Below are positions 1-9,617 of a stretch of 40,237 bases of DNA, in pieces. The DNA is taken from contig CAMIVH010000001.1 of assembly GCA_946401755.1 (NCBI GenBank), positions 1-40,237 of the forward strand, given 5' to 3'. The stretch is from an uncultured Bacillales bacterium (GTDB taxonomy: Bacteria; Bacillota_I; Bacilli_A; RFN20; CAG-826). The translations under genes were made by a program, and so were the position numbers. Positions within the stretch are counted from its first letter, which is position 1. Each line of letters opens with the position of its first letter. The notes beneath the pieces were generated by a model. That model was not told where the DNA came from, ran no database searches, and saw nothing but the letters and a program-made list of their open reading frames with translations.

Positions 1-923
1 TTACAGCGTTAAATCCAAACCTTGTTCAAACATTAGAAGGTAATCCTGCAATTATCCATGGTGGACCTTTCGCTAATATTGCTCATGGTTGTAACTCAAT
101 CATCGCTACAAAGATGGCTCTTAAGTTAGCCCCAGTTGTGGTCACAGAGGCAGGCTTCGGTGCTGACCTTGGTGCTGAAAAATTCTTGGACATTAAATGT
201 CGTGTTGCGGGTTTAAAACCAGACGCCGTTGTCGTCGTTGCTACAATCCGCGCTCTTAAGATGCATGGTGGTCAACCATTTGAAGAACTCGCTAATGAAA
301 ATGTTGAAGCTCTTAAGAATGGTGTTTGTAACTTAAAGAAACATATTGAAAACGTTGAAAAATATGGTGTTCCAGCGGTTGTTTGTATTAACCACTTCGC
401 TAGTGATACTGAAGCTGAAACTGCTTTCTTAAGTAAATGGTGCGAAGAAAATGGTTACGATCATGCTTACTGCTCAGCGTTTGCTGATGGTGGTAAAGGT
501 GGTGCAGAACTCGCTAAAGCGGTGATGAACATCCTCAACACTAAAGAATCACATTATCATCCTTTATATGATGTTAATCGTCCAATCAAAGAAAAGATTG
601 AAACCATTTGTAAAGAAATCTATGGTGCGGGCGAAGTCGTTTATACCGATGCTGCGAATAAACAAATTGAAGACTTTACTAAATTAGGATTTGATAAGAC
701 TCCAATCTGTATCGCTAAAACACCTCAATCATTAACTGATGATCCAAAAGTCTTAGGCGCTCCAAGAGGATTCACAGTTACCATTCGTGAAGTGAGATTA
801 TCCGCAGGTGCAAACTTCATCGTGCCATTAACTGGCGCTATTATGACAATGCCTGGCTTACCTAAAGTTCCAGCCGCTGTGAAGATGGAAGATGTGCCTT
901 ACGATCAAAAACTTGATCATTAA
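1..923 (+). CDS. fhs: Formate--tetrahydrofolate ligase, C-terminal part (5' end lies outside the window; first full codon at position 3)
   Basis: The reading frame is open from the window edge. It translates to [23 protein letters not shown]..., and the C-terminal [12 protein letters not shown] motif is typical of FTHFS. Stop is TAA at 921-923. Confidence 0.93.
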   Translation, partial: TALNPNLVQTLEGNPAIIHGGPFANIAHGCNSIIATKMALKLAPVVVTEAGFGADLGAEKFLDIKCRVAGLKPDAVVVVATIRALKMHGGQPFEELANENVEALKNGVCNLKKHIENVEKYGVPAVVCINHFASDTEAETAFLSKWCEENGYDHAYCSAFADGGKGGAELAKAVMNILNTKESHYHPLYDVNRPIKEKIETICKEIYGAGEVVYTDAANKQIEDFTKLGFDKTPICIAKTPQSLTDDPKVLGAPRGFTVTIREVRLSAGANFIVPLTGAIMTMPGLPKVPAAVKMEDVPYDQKLDH

Positions 924-953
924 TGCAGATTTTTCGGACAAATTTCAAAAATT

Positions 954-983
954 CCCCCTATTTAATCTATAGAGGGATTTTTT
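954..983 (+). terminator. Rho-independent terminator-like hairpin after fhs
   Basis: Stem CCCCCTAT (954-961) / ATAGAGGG (969-976) with one C.A mismatch and a 7-nt loop, followed by A plus T6 (978-983). Confidence 0.5.
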
Positions 984-3092
984 ATGTCGCTTATCGAATT
1001 AAACAAAGTATCTAAAGCCTATCTTATCAATAAGAATGAGAAAAAGTATGTCTTAAAAGACATTACTTTATCGTTTCCTGAGACTGGTTTAATCAGCGTT
1101 TTAGGCAAATCTGGCTGCGGTAAGTCCACTTTGCTTAATCTTATTGGGGGATTAGATAAAGCAAGCGAAGGAACAGTTTATTACAAAGGAGATAACATCG
1201 CTAAATATAAAGGTAATCAACAAGTAGCTTTTAGAAAAAGTGAAATCAGTTACATCTTTCAACATTATCATTTGTTAGAGAATCAAACCGCTTTATATAA
1301 CATCATGCTTCCTTGTTTGTTAAATGGAGATAGTTTTAAAACTGCTAAAGAGAAAGTTTTATCTTTGATAAATAAGTTCTCTATTAAAGAGGAACTATTG
1401 GATAAGAAATGCTCTAAGTTATCAGGTGGAGAAAAAGAAAGAATCGCTATAATGCGTTCGTTTATTAGTAACACTAATGTCATCTTAGCGGATGAACCTA
1501 CTGGTGCTTTAGATAAAGATAACGCTTTGTTAGTAATGGAATCATTAAAAGAGGCTAGCAAAAGTTCCTTAGTAGTGATGGTTACTCATAATGAAGAACT
1601 AGCAAAAAGATATAGTGACCGCATTATCCATATGAAGGATGGGAGAGTTATCCAAGATGAAAAGATAAAACTAATAAGCGGTAAGCAATATCAAATCAGT
1701 AAAGAGAAGAAGTCCAATCCTAATTGGTATAGCAAAATCATCGCTAAAAACTTTTCTAAAAGATTTAAAAGAAATATCTTCTCAATATTAGCGGTCACTA
1801 TAGGGGCAACCGCAAGTATGTTGATATTTGGCTTTAGTAATGGGGCACATGATTCCATTATGAAATCAGCAGAATGCCAGTTTGATTATGGAGTGGCTTC
1901 TATTAGCAAAGAAAAGAAAATTGTTAGTGATGAGTCACCAATCACATTGATACAAACATTACGCACTGACGAGGAAGAGATAGATGAATTAAGTAGTGAA
2001 TATGATTTCTTACACTTTTGTTATTCGTATGATTCATTAGTGACGCCAACTTTAGATACATATATCAATGAAAAGGAAATACAGGGCTTAACATATACAC
2101 CTATCTATTCTTTTTGTGATTCTTCAATAAATAAGAGCTTATTAATCAAAGGTAAATTACCGATAGTCGATACATTAAATATGGTGGTTATCAATCAAAC
2201 AGCTTACGACTATTTAAAAAAGGAAACCAAAAGTGATCCACTTAACACTTATATTCGTTTAAAAGATGGTGGAACATTTACTTATTACACGGATAATATC
2301 GAAAAGCCATATATTACAGATTATTTTGTCTATGACCGATTAGTGGAAATCGTTGGTGTTGTTAAAGAATTATCATTCTTAAACACCCCTAAGATTTATT
2401 ACTCGTATAAAGCCTTGGATAAGTATATGGAAGAAACTATTTTAAATAATCTATCTGAATATCTAGGAGAAACCAGTTGGAAAGATAGAGTAATGTTTGC
2501 TTCTGATAATGAGTATATCTCCAATTATTCACATCGCGTATTTCTTAAAAATAGTGGAGATGTGTATCGGTTGAAAGAGATGAAAACGACACTAAAAGAA
2601 GGATATAGTCTCAATAGCAATGCTTTAACAATTGAAGAAACATTGTTCTCTTTAGTGGATGCCGCTAGTGTCGGCATGGAAGTATTCTTAGTGATTGCTT
2701 TAGTGGGCACTGCAATGATTATCGGTATTGTTTCTTTTGCCTCTTACGCTGAAGATATTAAAGACTCTGCAATATTGCTATGTATAGGGGCTAAACGTGA
2801 AGATATATCTTCTCTATATGTTTTTGAAAACTGCCTTATAGGCCTTATTGGATTAACATCATCTTTTATCATCGCTTTGTTAAGCCAAAATCCACTTAAC
2901 CATCTAATCGAAAGATTTACTTCTTTAATCAATATCATAGATATTCCGTTTTATTCATTTCATGGAAGAATGCTTCTCTTTCCTCTTTTAATTGTCATGT
3001 CCGCTTTATTGATTTGTATATTGGCAACCTATGTACCAATTTCTTTTTCAAAGAAGATTTCTCTTAAGGAGGAGTTAAACGCTAATGATTAA
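984..3092 (+). CDS. Fused ABC ATPase / FtsX-family permease (MacB-type, type VII ABC), subunit 1
   Basis: ATPase motifs: Walker A GKSGCGKST, signature LSGGEKER, Walker B ILADEPTGALD, H-loop VTHN. TM1 sits near residue 263, followed by an extracytoplasmic domain of about 280 aa and three C-terminal TM helices with an FtsX-like pattern. The gene overlaps the next one by 8 nt. Confidence 0.88.
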   Translation: MSLIELNKVSKAYLINKNEKKYVLKDITLSFPETGLISVLGKSGCGKSTLLNLIGGLDKASEGTVYYKGDNIAKYKGNQQVAFRKSEISYIFQHYHLLENQTALYNIMLPCLLNGDSFKTAKEKVLSLINKFSIKEELLDKKCSKLSGGEKERIAIMRSFISNTNVILADEPTGALDKDNALLVMESLKEASKSSLVVMVTHNEELAKRYSDRIIHMKDGRVIQDEKIKLISGKQYQISKEKKSNPNWYSKIIAKNFSKRFKRNIFSILAVTIGATASMLIFGFSNGAHDSIMKSAECQFDYGVASISKEKKIVSDESPITLIQTLRTDEEEIDELSSEYDFLHFCYSYDSLVTPTLDTYINEKEIQGLTYTPIYSFCDSSINKSLLIKGKLPIVDTLNMVVINQTAYDYLKKETKSDPLNTYIRLKDGGTFTYYTDNIEKPYITDYFVYDRLVEIVGVVKELSFLNTPKIYYSYKALDKYMEETILNNLSEYLGETSWKDRVMFASDNEYISNYSHRVFLKNSGDVYRLKEMKTTLKEGYSLNSNALTIEETLFSLVDAASVGMEVFLVIALVGTAMIIGIVSFASYAEDIKDSAILLCIGAKREDISSLYVFENCLIGLIGLTSSFIIALLSQNPLNHLIERFTSLINIIDIPFYSFHGRMLLFPLLIVMSALLICILATYVPISFSKKISLKEELNAND

Positions 3093-5892
3093 GATTACTA
3101 ATTTATCTAAAAGCTATGGTCCTAGAAAGGTATTATCTAATATCTCTTTTGACTTCAAAGAAAAAGGAATCTATGTGATATATGGTCCATCCGGTTCTGG
3201 TAAAACCACTTTATTAAACTGTGCTGCGGGTTTAACTGATTTTTCTGGTTCCATCCAAGTCAACCGCCAAAACATTGAAGCACTTAATGATGATGATTTA
3301 AGTCGCTTACGCTTAACTACTTATGGTTTTGTTTTCCAGGACTTTAAACTGTTCGAAACAGAGACCGTCTTGGCTAATTTGTTGTTTCCATTAGATACTT
3401 TGTATTCAATATCCAAGGCACAAAAGATAAGAAAATGTCGTGATCTACTAGCCCTTGTTGGCCTTCCTGATAAAGAAAAACAAAATGTAAATAAACTAAG
3501 TGGTGGAGAAAAGCAAAGAGTGGCTATTGCCCGTTCTTTAATTAATGATCCAATTGTTCTTCTATGTGATGAACCAACAGGCGCTTTAGACGAGAATACA
3601 GGAAATGAAATCATGAGTATTTTAAAGAGGATTTCCAGGCGCGCTATTGTGATTATGGTTTCCCATGACCAAAGCCTTACTAAACAATATGCTGACGTCA
3701 TTATTGAAATGAATGAAGGCAAAATAGTGAATGTTATAAAGCAAAGAAAAGATTCGTTTTCCGAATCACATCTGCCCGTTTTAGATAATGGTGTGAGCAA
3801 TGATAAGACAAAAATCAGCGATAGTTTTCTTATTAGACATACCTTCCATACAACGAAGCAAAAGAAACTAAGAACAGGACTTTGCTATACGATGACATCT
3901 ATGGGGTTAATAGGTGTAGGATTAGCCTTTGCCTTATCTTCCACAATCGCGGACAACATCAAACAGGCGTATCGTGAGATTGTTGATGAAAACTCAATCG
4001 TGGTTACTCTTAAGGATAAGAATAGTTCCATTCAAGGGCAATATGCCGCTAGCTTTTACGAAGTTAACGATATTAAAGAAACATATTCAGAATACATTGA
4101 TGATATAGGTGCTACTTATTACTGTAATTTTGAAAAGTTTTTTGAAGATAGAAACGAACTAGCGTTTGTCAAAGGTTATAGAAGAAGTGTCATACCAGGC
4201 TTTAGTGCTCGTCATATTAATGAATTTGAATGGTTAGAGGATATAAATACAAAAATATATCCAGAGGATATCCAAACACTAAAGGATGATGAGATTATCT
4301 TATCATTAGACTATGTCACGCTTAGAGATCTATGCTTCGAACTACAAATTGATAGGAATATAAACTCTTTAAGTAACTATTTGTTAAGCAATACTTTAGA
4401 TGTCTATTTTGATTTAGCGAATTATAGTTGGGATTACACAGATGAACAACTATTAACAGTAAAAGGCTTCGCATTAGAAAATAGCTTAAAGATTTATCAC
4501 AGTAATCATCTATGGAATGAACATATGTTTGAAGAGATGATGAGATTTCCAAGTAATGACGCTCTTTCATTAAAAGATAATGAACCATGGGTAATGAAGA
4601 AAATCTATTACTTAAAAGCAAAAGAAAACAGAGATAAGCTACTTAACCTATTTCTAGATAGTGAAGAAATGGATAAATATATTTTCGAAATCGCAGATGA
4701 AATGTTTTATCCATGGCTTTATTATGGTAGGAAAATAGAAGAAAGAAATCGTATCCATGTCTTTATAAACACAATAGCCCATATTCCAAATTGGCATGTT
4801 GATTACTTTATGAACAATGATAACAATCTAACGTCACCAATATATGGAAATAATTCAGGTTTTCTTATCTATCCAGAATCATTGATGATGGGCTTTTCAA
4901 AAACGATGTATTTCTCCAAAGATGAAGATCAAATAAACACAGTAGTGGATAAGTTTACGTCCAAGAATAAAGATGGCATTTTCGAAGAGAATCTCCCAGA
5001 CGGTGTTTTAAGCGGTAATTACGCAAAAAGTCTGCAAAACGGCGTTAGATTTGAAACAATTGAAGGAAAAACACTGCAAAAAGGCAATAAACCTGAGAGC
5101 TTAAACGAGATTGCTGTTTCGAGAGCTTTCGCTAAAGAGTGTCACATAGAAGATATTAACGAAATAGTCTATGTGACGACCGCTAGAAGGGAAGCTATAA
5201 CTAACAATGGAGGGGTAATCAGTGACTATGTAGTTGTGCCGCTCATAGTCACTGGTCTTATAGATTCAAACAAGAATTGTATATATCACGAGAAGAACTG
5301 GACTTCGCTTTTTTATCAATGCAAAATTGGTATTAGCGCTTATGAATTACAAACGAATTCAATATCATTTACATTAAAAGATTCTAAGAAAATAGATGAG
5401 AGCTTAAAGCTGTTTAAAAAGGGCTTTCCTGATTATAACGTTGTTAACCCTCTTTGTGATGTTAATGATAGTGTTGATAACGTGTGTTTTTATATCACAA
5501 TTGTGCTCATTATCTTCTCTATGGTAGCGACACTAATCTCTATTCTTTTACTAACAATCAGTAATTACCTCTACATTTTGGAGGGAAGAAAAGATATCGC
5601 ACTTGCTAGATGTATTGGTGTCAACAAAAAGGAGAGTCGGAAGTTTCTTTATTACCATTCCTTAATCCAATGTCTTATCTCTTTTGCAGTTGCTAGTGTG
5701 GAACTATTCATGTTCTCATTTGTGGCTAACCTTGAAATCAGTAATGCTTTATCGACGAGTTCTCACTTTTCTTTTAACCCAATAGCTTTCCTACCAATGT
5801 TTGCTTTGGCGTTTTCTATCGCCATTATTTCTAGCTTCTTTATGAGCAGAAGAATTAATAAAATTAATCCACTCGAGGCGCTTAAACAATAA
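3085..5892 (+). CDS. Fused ABC ATPase / FtsX-family permease (MacB-type), subunit 2, with a very large ectodomain
   Basis: ATPase motifs: Walker A GPSGSGKTT, signature LSGGEKQR, Walker B LLCDEPTGALD, H-loop VSHD. TM1 sits near residue 265, followed by an extracytoplasmic region of about 510 aa and a C-terminal FtsX-like 3-TM bundle. The ATG lies inside the stop region of the upstream gene (ATGATTAA). Confidence 0.88.
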   Translation: MIKITNLSKSYGPRKVLSNISFDFKEKGIYVIYGPSGSGKTTLLNCAAGLTDFSGSIQVNRQNIEALNDDDLSRLRLTTYGFVFQDFKLFETETVLANLLFPLDTLYSISKAQKIRKCRDLLALVGLPDKEKQNVNKLSGGEKQRVAIARSLINDPIVLLCDEPTGALDENTGNEIMSILKRISRRAIVIMVSHDQSLTKQYADVIIEMNEGKIVNVIKQRKDSFSESHLPVLDNGVSNDKTKISDSFLIRHTFHTTKQKKLRTGLCYTMTSMGLIGVGLAFALSSTIADNIKQAYREIVDENSIVVTLKDKNSSIQGQYAASFYEVNDIKETYSEYIDDIGATYYCNFEKFFEDRNELAFVKGYRRSVIPGFSARHINEFEWLEDINTKIYPEDIQTLKDDEIILSLDYVTLRDLCFELQIDRNINSLSNYLLSNTLDVYFDLANYSWDYTDEQLLTVKGFALENSLKIYHSNHLWNEHMFEEMMRFPSNDALSLKDNEPWVMKKIYYLKAKENRDKLLNLFLDSEEMDKYIFEIADEMFYPWLYYGRKIEERNRIHVFINTIAHIPNWHVDYFMNNDNNLTSPIYGNNSGFLIYPESLMMGFSKTMYFSKDEDQINTVVDKFTSKNKDGIFEENLPDGVLSGNYAKSLQNGVRFETIEGKTLQKGNKPESLNEIAVSRAFAKECHIEDINEIVYVTTARREAITNNGGVISDYVVVPLIVTGLIDSNKNCIYHEKNWTSLFYQCKIGISAYELQTNSISFTLKDSKKIDESLKLFKKGFPDYNVVNPLCDVNDSVDNVCFYITIVLIIFSMVATLISILLLTISNYLYILEGRKDIALARCIGVNKKESRKFLYYHSLIQCLISFAVASVELFMFSFVANLEISNALSTSSHFSFNPIAFLPMFALAFSIAIISSFFMSRRINKINPLEALKQ

Positions 5893-5910
5893 AACAAATC
5901 TTATTTTGTT

Positions 5911-5939
5911 TTGTTAATTTGATAATTATCCCTTATAAT
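5911..5939 (+). promoter_or_regulatory. Sigma-A-type promoter for the ychF operon
   Basis: TTGTTA (5911-16), a 17-nt spacer, then TATAAT (5934-39), about 30 nt upstream of the ychF ATG. Confidence 0.5.
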
Positions 5940-5970
5940 AGGTAGCGCACTAAAAGAGGAAAACACTATT

Positions 5971-7083
5971 ATGGGATTAAAAGCAGGCATTGTTGGATTA
6001 CCAAATGTTGGAAAGTCAACCTTATTCAACGCAATTACAAATTCACACGTTGAAGCGGCGAACTATCCATTTGCAACCATCAATCCAAATACAGGTGTTG
6101 TTAACGTTCCTGATGAAAGATTAGATTTTTTAACAAATATTTTTAAACCTGAAAGAAAGATTCCTGCGACAGTTGAATTCACTGATATCGCGGGTTTAGT
6201 CAAAGGCGCTTCCAATGGTGAAGGCTTAGGCAATAAGTTCTTAGCCAACATTCGCGAATGCGATGCTATCGTGGAAGTCGTCCGTTGTTTTGATAACGCT
6301 GATATCGTTCACGTTGAAGAATCCGTTGATCCAATTAGAGATATTGAGATTATTAATCTCGAACTCGTTATGGCGGATTTAGATACTGTTGATAAGCGTA
6401 TTGAAAAGAGCGAAGCTAAAGCTAGAATCGCTAAAGATAAAGAAGCTATCTACGAAATGAATCTTCTCAAACCTTTGAAAGAAGTTCTAGAACAAGGCTT
6501 ACCAGCAAGAAAAGCAAAACTTACTGAAGATCAAGTTGCTTACTGCAAAGTTAATTATCATTTATTAACAGATAAGCCAATTATCTACGTTGCTAACGTT
6601 GGTGAAAGTGATTTGATGGACTTAGATAACTGCAAGTACTATCAAGATGTCTTAGCATATGCTTCTAAAGAAAATAGCCAAGTCATTCCAGTCTCTGCTC
6701 AAATTGAAAGTGATTTATCTGAATTAAGCGAAGAAGAAAGAAAAGAATACTTAGCGGAACTTAACGTCAAAGAATCTGGCTTAGAAAAAGTTATTAAAGC
6801 CACTTATAAATTGTTGAATTTATCAACATTCTTCACTGTTGGTGCGGATGAGTGCCGTGCCTGGACATTTAAAAACAATATGTCAGCGCCTGAATGTGCT
6901 GGTGTTATCCATACCGATTTCCAAAAAGGTTTCATCTGTGCGGAAGTTTACCCATATGAAGCCATTCATGAACTCGGAAGTGAACACGCTGTTAAAGATG
7001 CGGGAAAGATTAGAACAGAAGGTAAAGGTTACTATCCAAAGGATGGTGATATTATGTTCTTCCGTTTTAATGTGAAAAAGTAA
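5971..7083 (+). CDS. ychF: Ribosome-binding ATPase YchF (Obg-family GTPase/ATPase)
   Basis: G1 motif [17 protein letters not shown]3 motif [10 protein letters not shown], and a C-terminal TGS-like FFTVG..ECRAWT...[16 protein letters not shown] is AAGAGGA upstream. Confidence 0.95.
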   Translation: MGLKAGIVGLPNVGKSTLFNAITNSHVEAANYPFATINPNTGVVNVPDERLDFLTNIFKPERKIPATVEFTDIAGLVKGASNGEGLGNKFLANIRECDAIVEVVRCFDNADIVHVEESVDPIRDIEIINLELVMADLDTVDKRIEKSEAKARIAKDKEAIYEMNLLKPLKEVLEQGLPARKAKLTEDQVAYCKVNYHLLTDKPIIYVANVGESDLMDLDNCKYYQDVLAYASKENSQVIPVSAQIESDLSELSEEERKEYLAELNVKESGLEKVIKATYKLLNLSTFFTVGADECRAWTFKNNMSAPECAGVIHTDFQKGFICAEVYPYEAIHELGSEHAVKDAGKIRTEGKGYYPKDGDIMFFRFNVKK

Positions 7084-7084
7084 T

Positions 7085-7561
7085 ATGAGAATTGGATTTG
7101 CTACTGATATTCATAGACTAGTTGAAGGCCGTAAGCTTATGCTCTCTGGCGTATGCGTTCCTAGCCCCGTGGGTGAGTTAGCGCATAGTGATGGTGATGT
7201 TGTTTACCACGCTGTTAGCGAAGCTATCTTAGGCGCGCTTGCTCTTGGTGATTTAGGAAAACATTTCCCAGGCACACCAGAATTTAAAGATATTGATTCA
7301 TCAATAATCGTTAAAAGAGTAGTGGCCATGATGGATGAAAAAGGCTATGAAATCAACAACGTTGATGTATCAATCACATTAGAAAAACCAAAACTTGCAT
7401 CATTTATTATGGAAATGCGAAATAACTTAGCGTTATTATTAAATACTTCCTTAGAGAATGTTTCCGTTAAAGCGGGAACTAATGAGGGTATCGATGATAT
7501 CGGAAGAGGCTTGGCCGTAAAAGCGGACGCCATTGTCATGCTTAGAAAGAAAGGAGAATAA
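7085..7561 (+). CDS. ispF: 2-C-methyl-D-erythritol 2,4-cyclodiphosphate synthase
   Basis: Motifs TDIH, AHSDGDVVYHA and GDLGKHFP. Size is 158 aa. It starts 1 nt after the ychF stop. Confidence 0.9.
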   Translation: MRIGFATDIHRLVEGRKLMLSGVCVPSPVGELAHSDGDVVYHAVSEAILGALALGDLGKHFPGTPEFKDIDSSIIVKRVVAMMDEKGYEINNVDVSITLEKPKLASFIMEMRNNLALLLNTSLENVSVKAGTNEGIDDIGRGLAVKADAIVMLRKKGE

Positions 7562-7562
7562 A

Positions 7563-9182
7563 ATGGACATTATTGAAAACATTAAACTCAAAATCCAAAA
7601 AGCTCTTTTAGATCTTGGCCAAGAAGTTGCTCTTAACGATATCGTCATTGAAAAGAGTAAAGACGAAGCTCATGGTGACTATGCCACCAATGTGGCGATG
7701 AAGTTTTCTCGTTTATTCGCTAAGGCTCCTCGTGATGTCGCAGCGATGTTAATTGAGAAAATTAATAGAGACGGTATTGATAAAATCGAAATTGCTGGTC
7801 CTGGTTTCATTAACTTCTTCATGAAGCATGATTCTTTACAAGCGTTCGTTAACAAGATTATTACTGAAGATGAAAAATATGGTCGTTCACCAAGAAAGAA
7901 CTTCAAAGTGAATGTAGAATTCGTTTCCGCTAACCCAACCGGTATCCTTCACGTCGGTACCGCTAGAGGTGCGGCGATTGGTGATAGCATCTCCCGTATT
8001 TTAGATTTCGCTGGTTATGACGTAACCAAGGAATACTACATCAACGATGCCGGTAGCCAAATTACAAATCTTGCCTTATCTATTCAGGCCAGATATAAAG
8101 AATTATTCGGTATCCAAGCCGAAATCCCAGAAGATGGTTATGCTGGTCATGATATCGTCGAAATTGCTGAATCCATTAAAAATGAAGTTGGCGATGAAGC
8201 ACTTAAGATGGCTGACCCAATTCCATTCTTCAAGGAAAAAGGCGTCAAAATCGAACTTGATAGGATTGTTAAAGACTTAGAATTATTTAGAGTTAAACAT
8301 GATGTCTTCTCTTCAGAGAAAGCCATCAGAGCGGACAACGCTATCGAAAAAGAATTAGAATTCTTAAATAAATACACATACAAACAAGACGATGCTCTTT
8401 ATTTAAAGACATCTGACTTTATCGATGATAAAGATCGTGTTATTCAAAAGAGCAATGGTGATTATACCTACTTCTTACCTGATATCTGCTACCACGTTAA
8501 TAAATTATCACGTGGATTTGACGCTCTTATCGATGTTTTAGGTGCAGATCATCATGGTTATATTAACAGAATGAAATCTGCTTTAATGATGCACGGATAT
8601 CCACAAGATATTCTCCATGTTGAATTAATTCAAATGGTGAGATTCCTTAAAGACGGACAAGAATATAAAGCTAGTAAGAGAAGAGGCGACGCCATCACTT
8701 TAAGAGATGTCTGTGAAGAAGTTGGTGTCGACGCTATGCGTTATTTCTTCGCGATGCGTGCTCCTTCTTCCCACTTAGACTTTGATATGGACTTAGCCAA
8801 AGAACAAAGTTCTAATAACCCAGTCTATTATGCTCAATACGCTCACGCTAGACTATGTTCTATTCTAGAACAAGGCAAAGATATCGCTATTGATAACAGT
8901 GCTAAATTATTAAGCCAACCATCCGAAATGGCTTTATTAAAACACCTCGCTGACTTTGCTAACTTAGTGAACGATGCCGCGAAAGACAAAGCTCCATACA
9001 AAGTCACCAATTACATCCATACCCTCGCGGAACTCGTGCACGCTTTCTACAACGAATGCCGTGTTATCGACCAAAACAATTTAGAACTCAGTGGTTCACG
9101 TCTTGCTTTAGTTAAAGCAAGTAAAATAGTGTTAAAGAATGCGCTTGCCCTTATTGGTGTCAGCGCTCCAATACATATGTAG
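7563..9182 (+). CDS. argS: Arginine--tRNA ligase
   Basis: SANPTGILHVGTARGAAIGD is a class I HIGH-type motif, and there is a C-terminal anticodon-binding (DALR-like) region. I start at ATG 7563, which has the SD AAGGAGA and lies 1 nt after the ispF stop, rather than at the track start 7533 inside ispF. Confidence 0.93.
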   Translation: MDIIENIKLKIQKALLDLGQEVALNDIVIEKSKDEAHGDYATNVAMKFSRLFAKAPRDVAAMLIEKINRDGIDKIEIAGPGFINFFMKHDSLQAFVNKIITEDEKYGRSPRKNFKVNVEFVSANPTGILHVGTARGAAIGDSISRILDFAGYDVTKEYYINDAGSQITNLALSIQARYKELFGIQAEIPEDGYAGHDIVEIAESIKNEVGDEALKMADPIPFFKEKGVKIELDRIVKDLELFRVKHDVFSSEKAIRADNAIEKELEFLNKYTYKQDDALYLKTSDFIDDKDRVIQKSNGDYTYFLPDICYHVNKLSRGFDALIDVLGADHHGYINRMKSALMMHGYPQDILHVELIQMVRFLKDGQEYKASKRRGDAITLRDVCEEVGVDAMRYFFAMRAPSSHLDFDMDLAKEQSSNNPVYYAQYAHARLCSILEQGKDIAIDNSAKLLSQPSEMALLKHLADFANLVNDAAKDKAPYKVTNYIHTLAELVHAFYNECRVIDQNNLELSGSRLALVKASKIVLKNALALIGVSAPIHM

Positions 9183-9194
9183 GAGGACATTAAT

Positions 9195-9617
9195 ATGTCA
9201 AAATCTTTATTAGACCTTGCTTACGATTACGTAAGCGCCCAAAGCCAACAAAGCAAGTTCCAAGATATTTGGGCTTACTGTGTTAAAGAAGCTGGCTTAA
9301 GTGAAGAAGAAGCAGCAGCAAAAGTCTCTCGCTTCTACACAAACTTAATGTTAGATGGCCGTTTCGTCACCTTAGGCGAAAACGAATGGGACCTCAGAAT
9401 TCGTCACAAATTCGAAAAAGTCCACATCGATATGAGCGAAGTTTATAGCGATGTCGAAACTTCTTACGACGACAGTGAAGAAGAAGAGGAAGAAGCCGAA
9501 TACAATAAGGCCTTCGAAGACGAAGAAGAACCAAAAGAAGAAGACTTCAATTCTGACGAAGAAGAATCTGAAGAATCTGAAGAATCTGAAGAAGAAACAG
9601 AGGATAACGAATTTTAA
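9195..9617 (+). CDS. rpoE: DNA-directed RNA polymerase delta subunit
   Basis: The N-terminal globular domain (LLDLAYDYV...FYTNLMLDGRFVTLGENEWDLR) followed by a long poly-Asp/Glu tail is the RpoE architecture of Firmicutes and Mollicutes. Confidence 0.88.
   Translation: MSKSLLDLAYDYVSAQSQQSKFQDIWAYCVKEAGLSEEEAAAKVSRFYTNLMLDGRFVTLGENEWDLRIRHKFEKVHIDMSEVYSDVETSYDDSEEEEEEAEYNKAFEDEEEPKEEDFNSDEEESEESEESEEETEDNEF
9561..9587 (+). repeat. Perfect 3x tandem 9-nt repeat (GAAGAATCT) inside the rpoE acidic tail
   Basis: GAAGAATCT occurs at 9561-69, 9570-78 and 9579-87, encoding (EES)x3 in frame. Confidence 0.9.

Noticed and set aside
3321-3800. 159-aa minus-strand ORF inside the ATPase domain of ABC subunit 2 (with a similar 92-aa ORF at 1283-1561 in subunit 1)
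   Set aside because: This is the common antisense open frame opposite ABC ATPase domains. The plus-strand frames carry the complete Walker A, signature and Walker B motifs.
7533-7562. Track start of argS inside ispF (and similar 5' extensions for smpB at 20630, folC at 21045, lipoprotein 1 at 11372 and the small TM ORF at 23066)
   Set aside because: In each case a downstream ATG with an SD lies immediately after the upstream stop and coincides with the family N-terminus or signal peptide.
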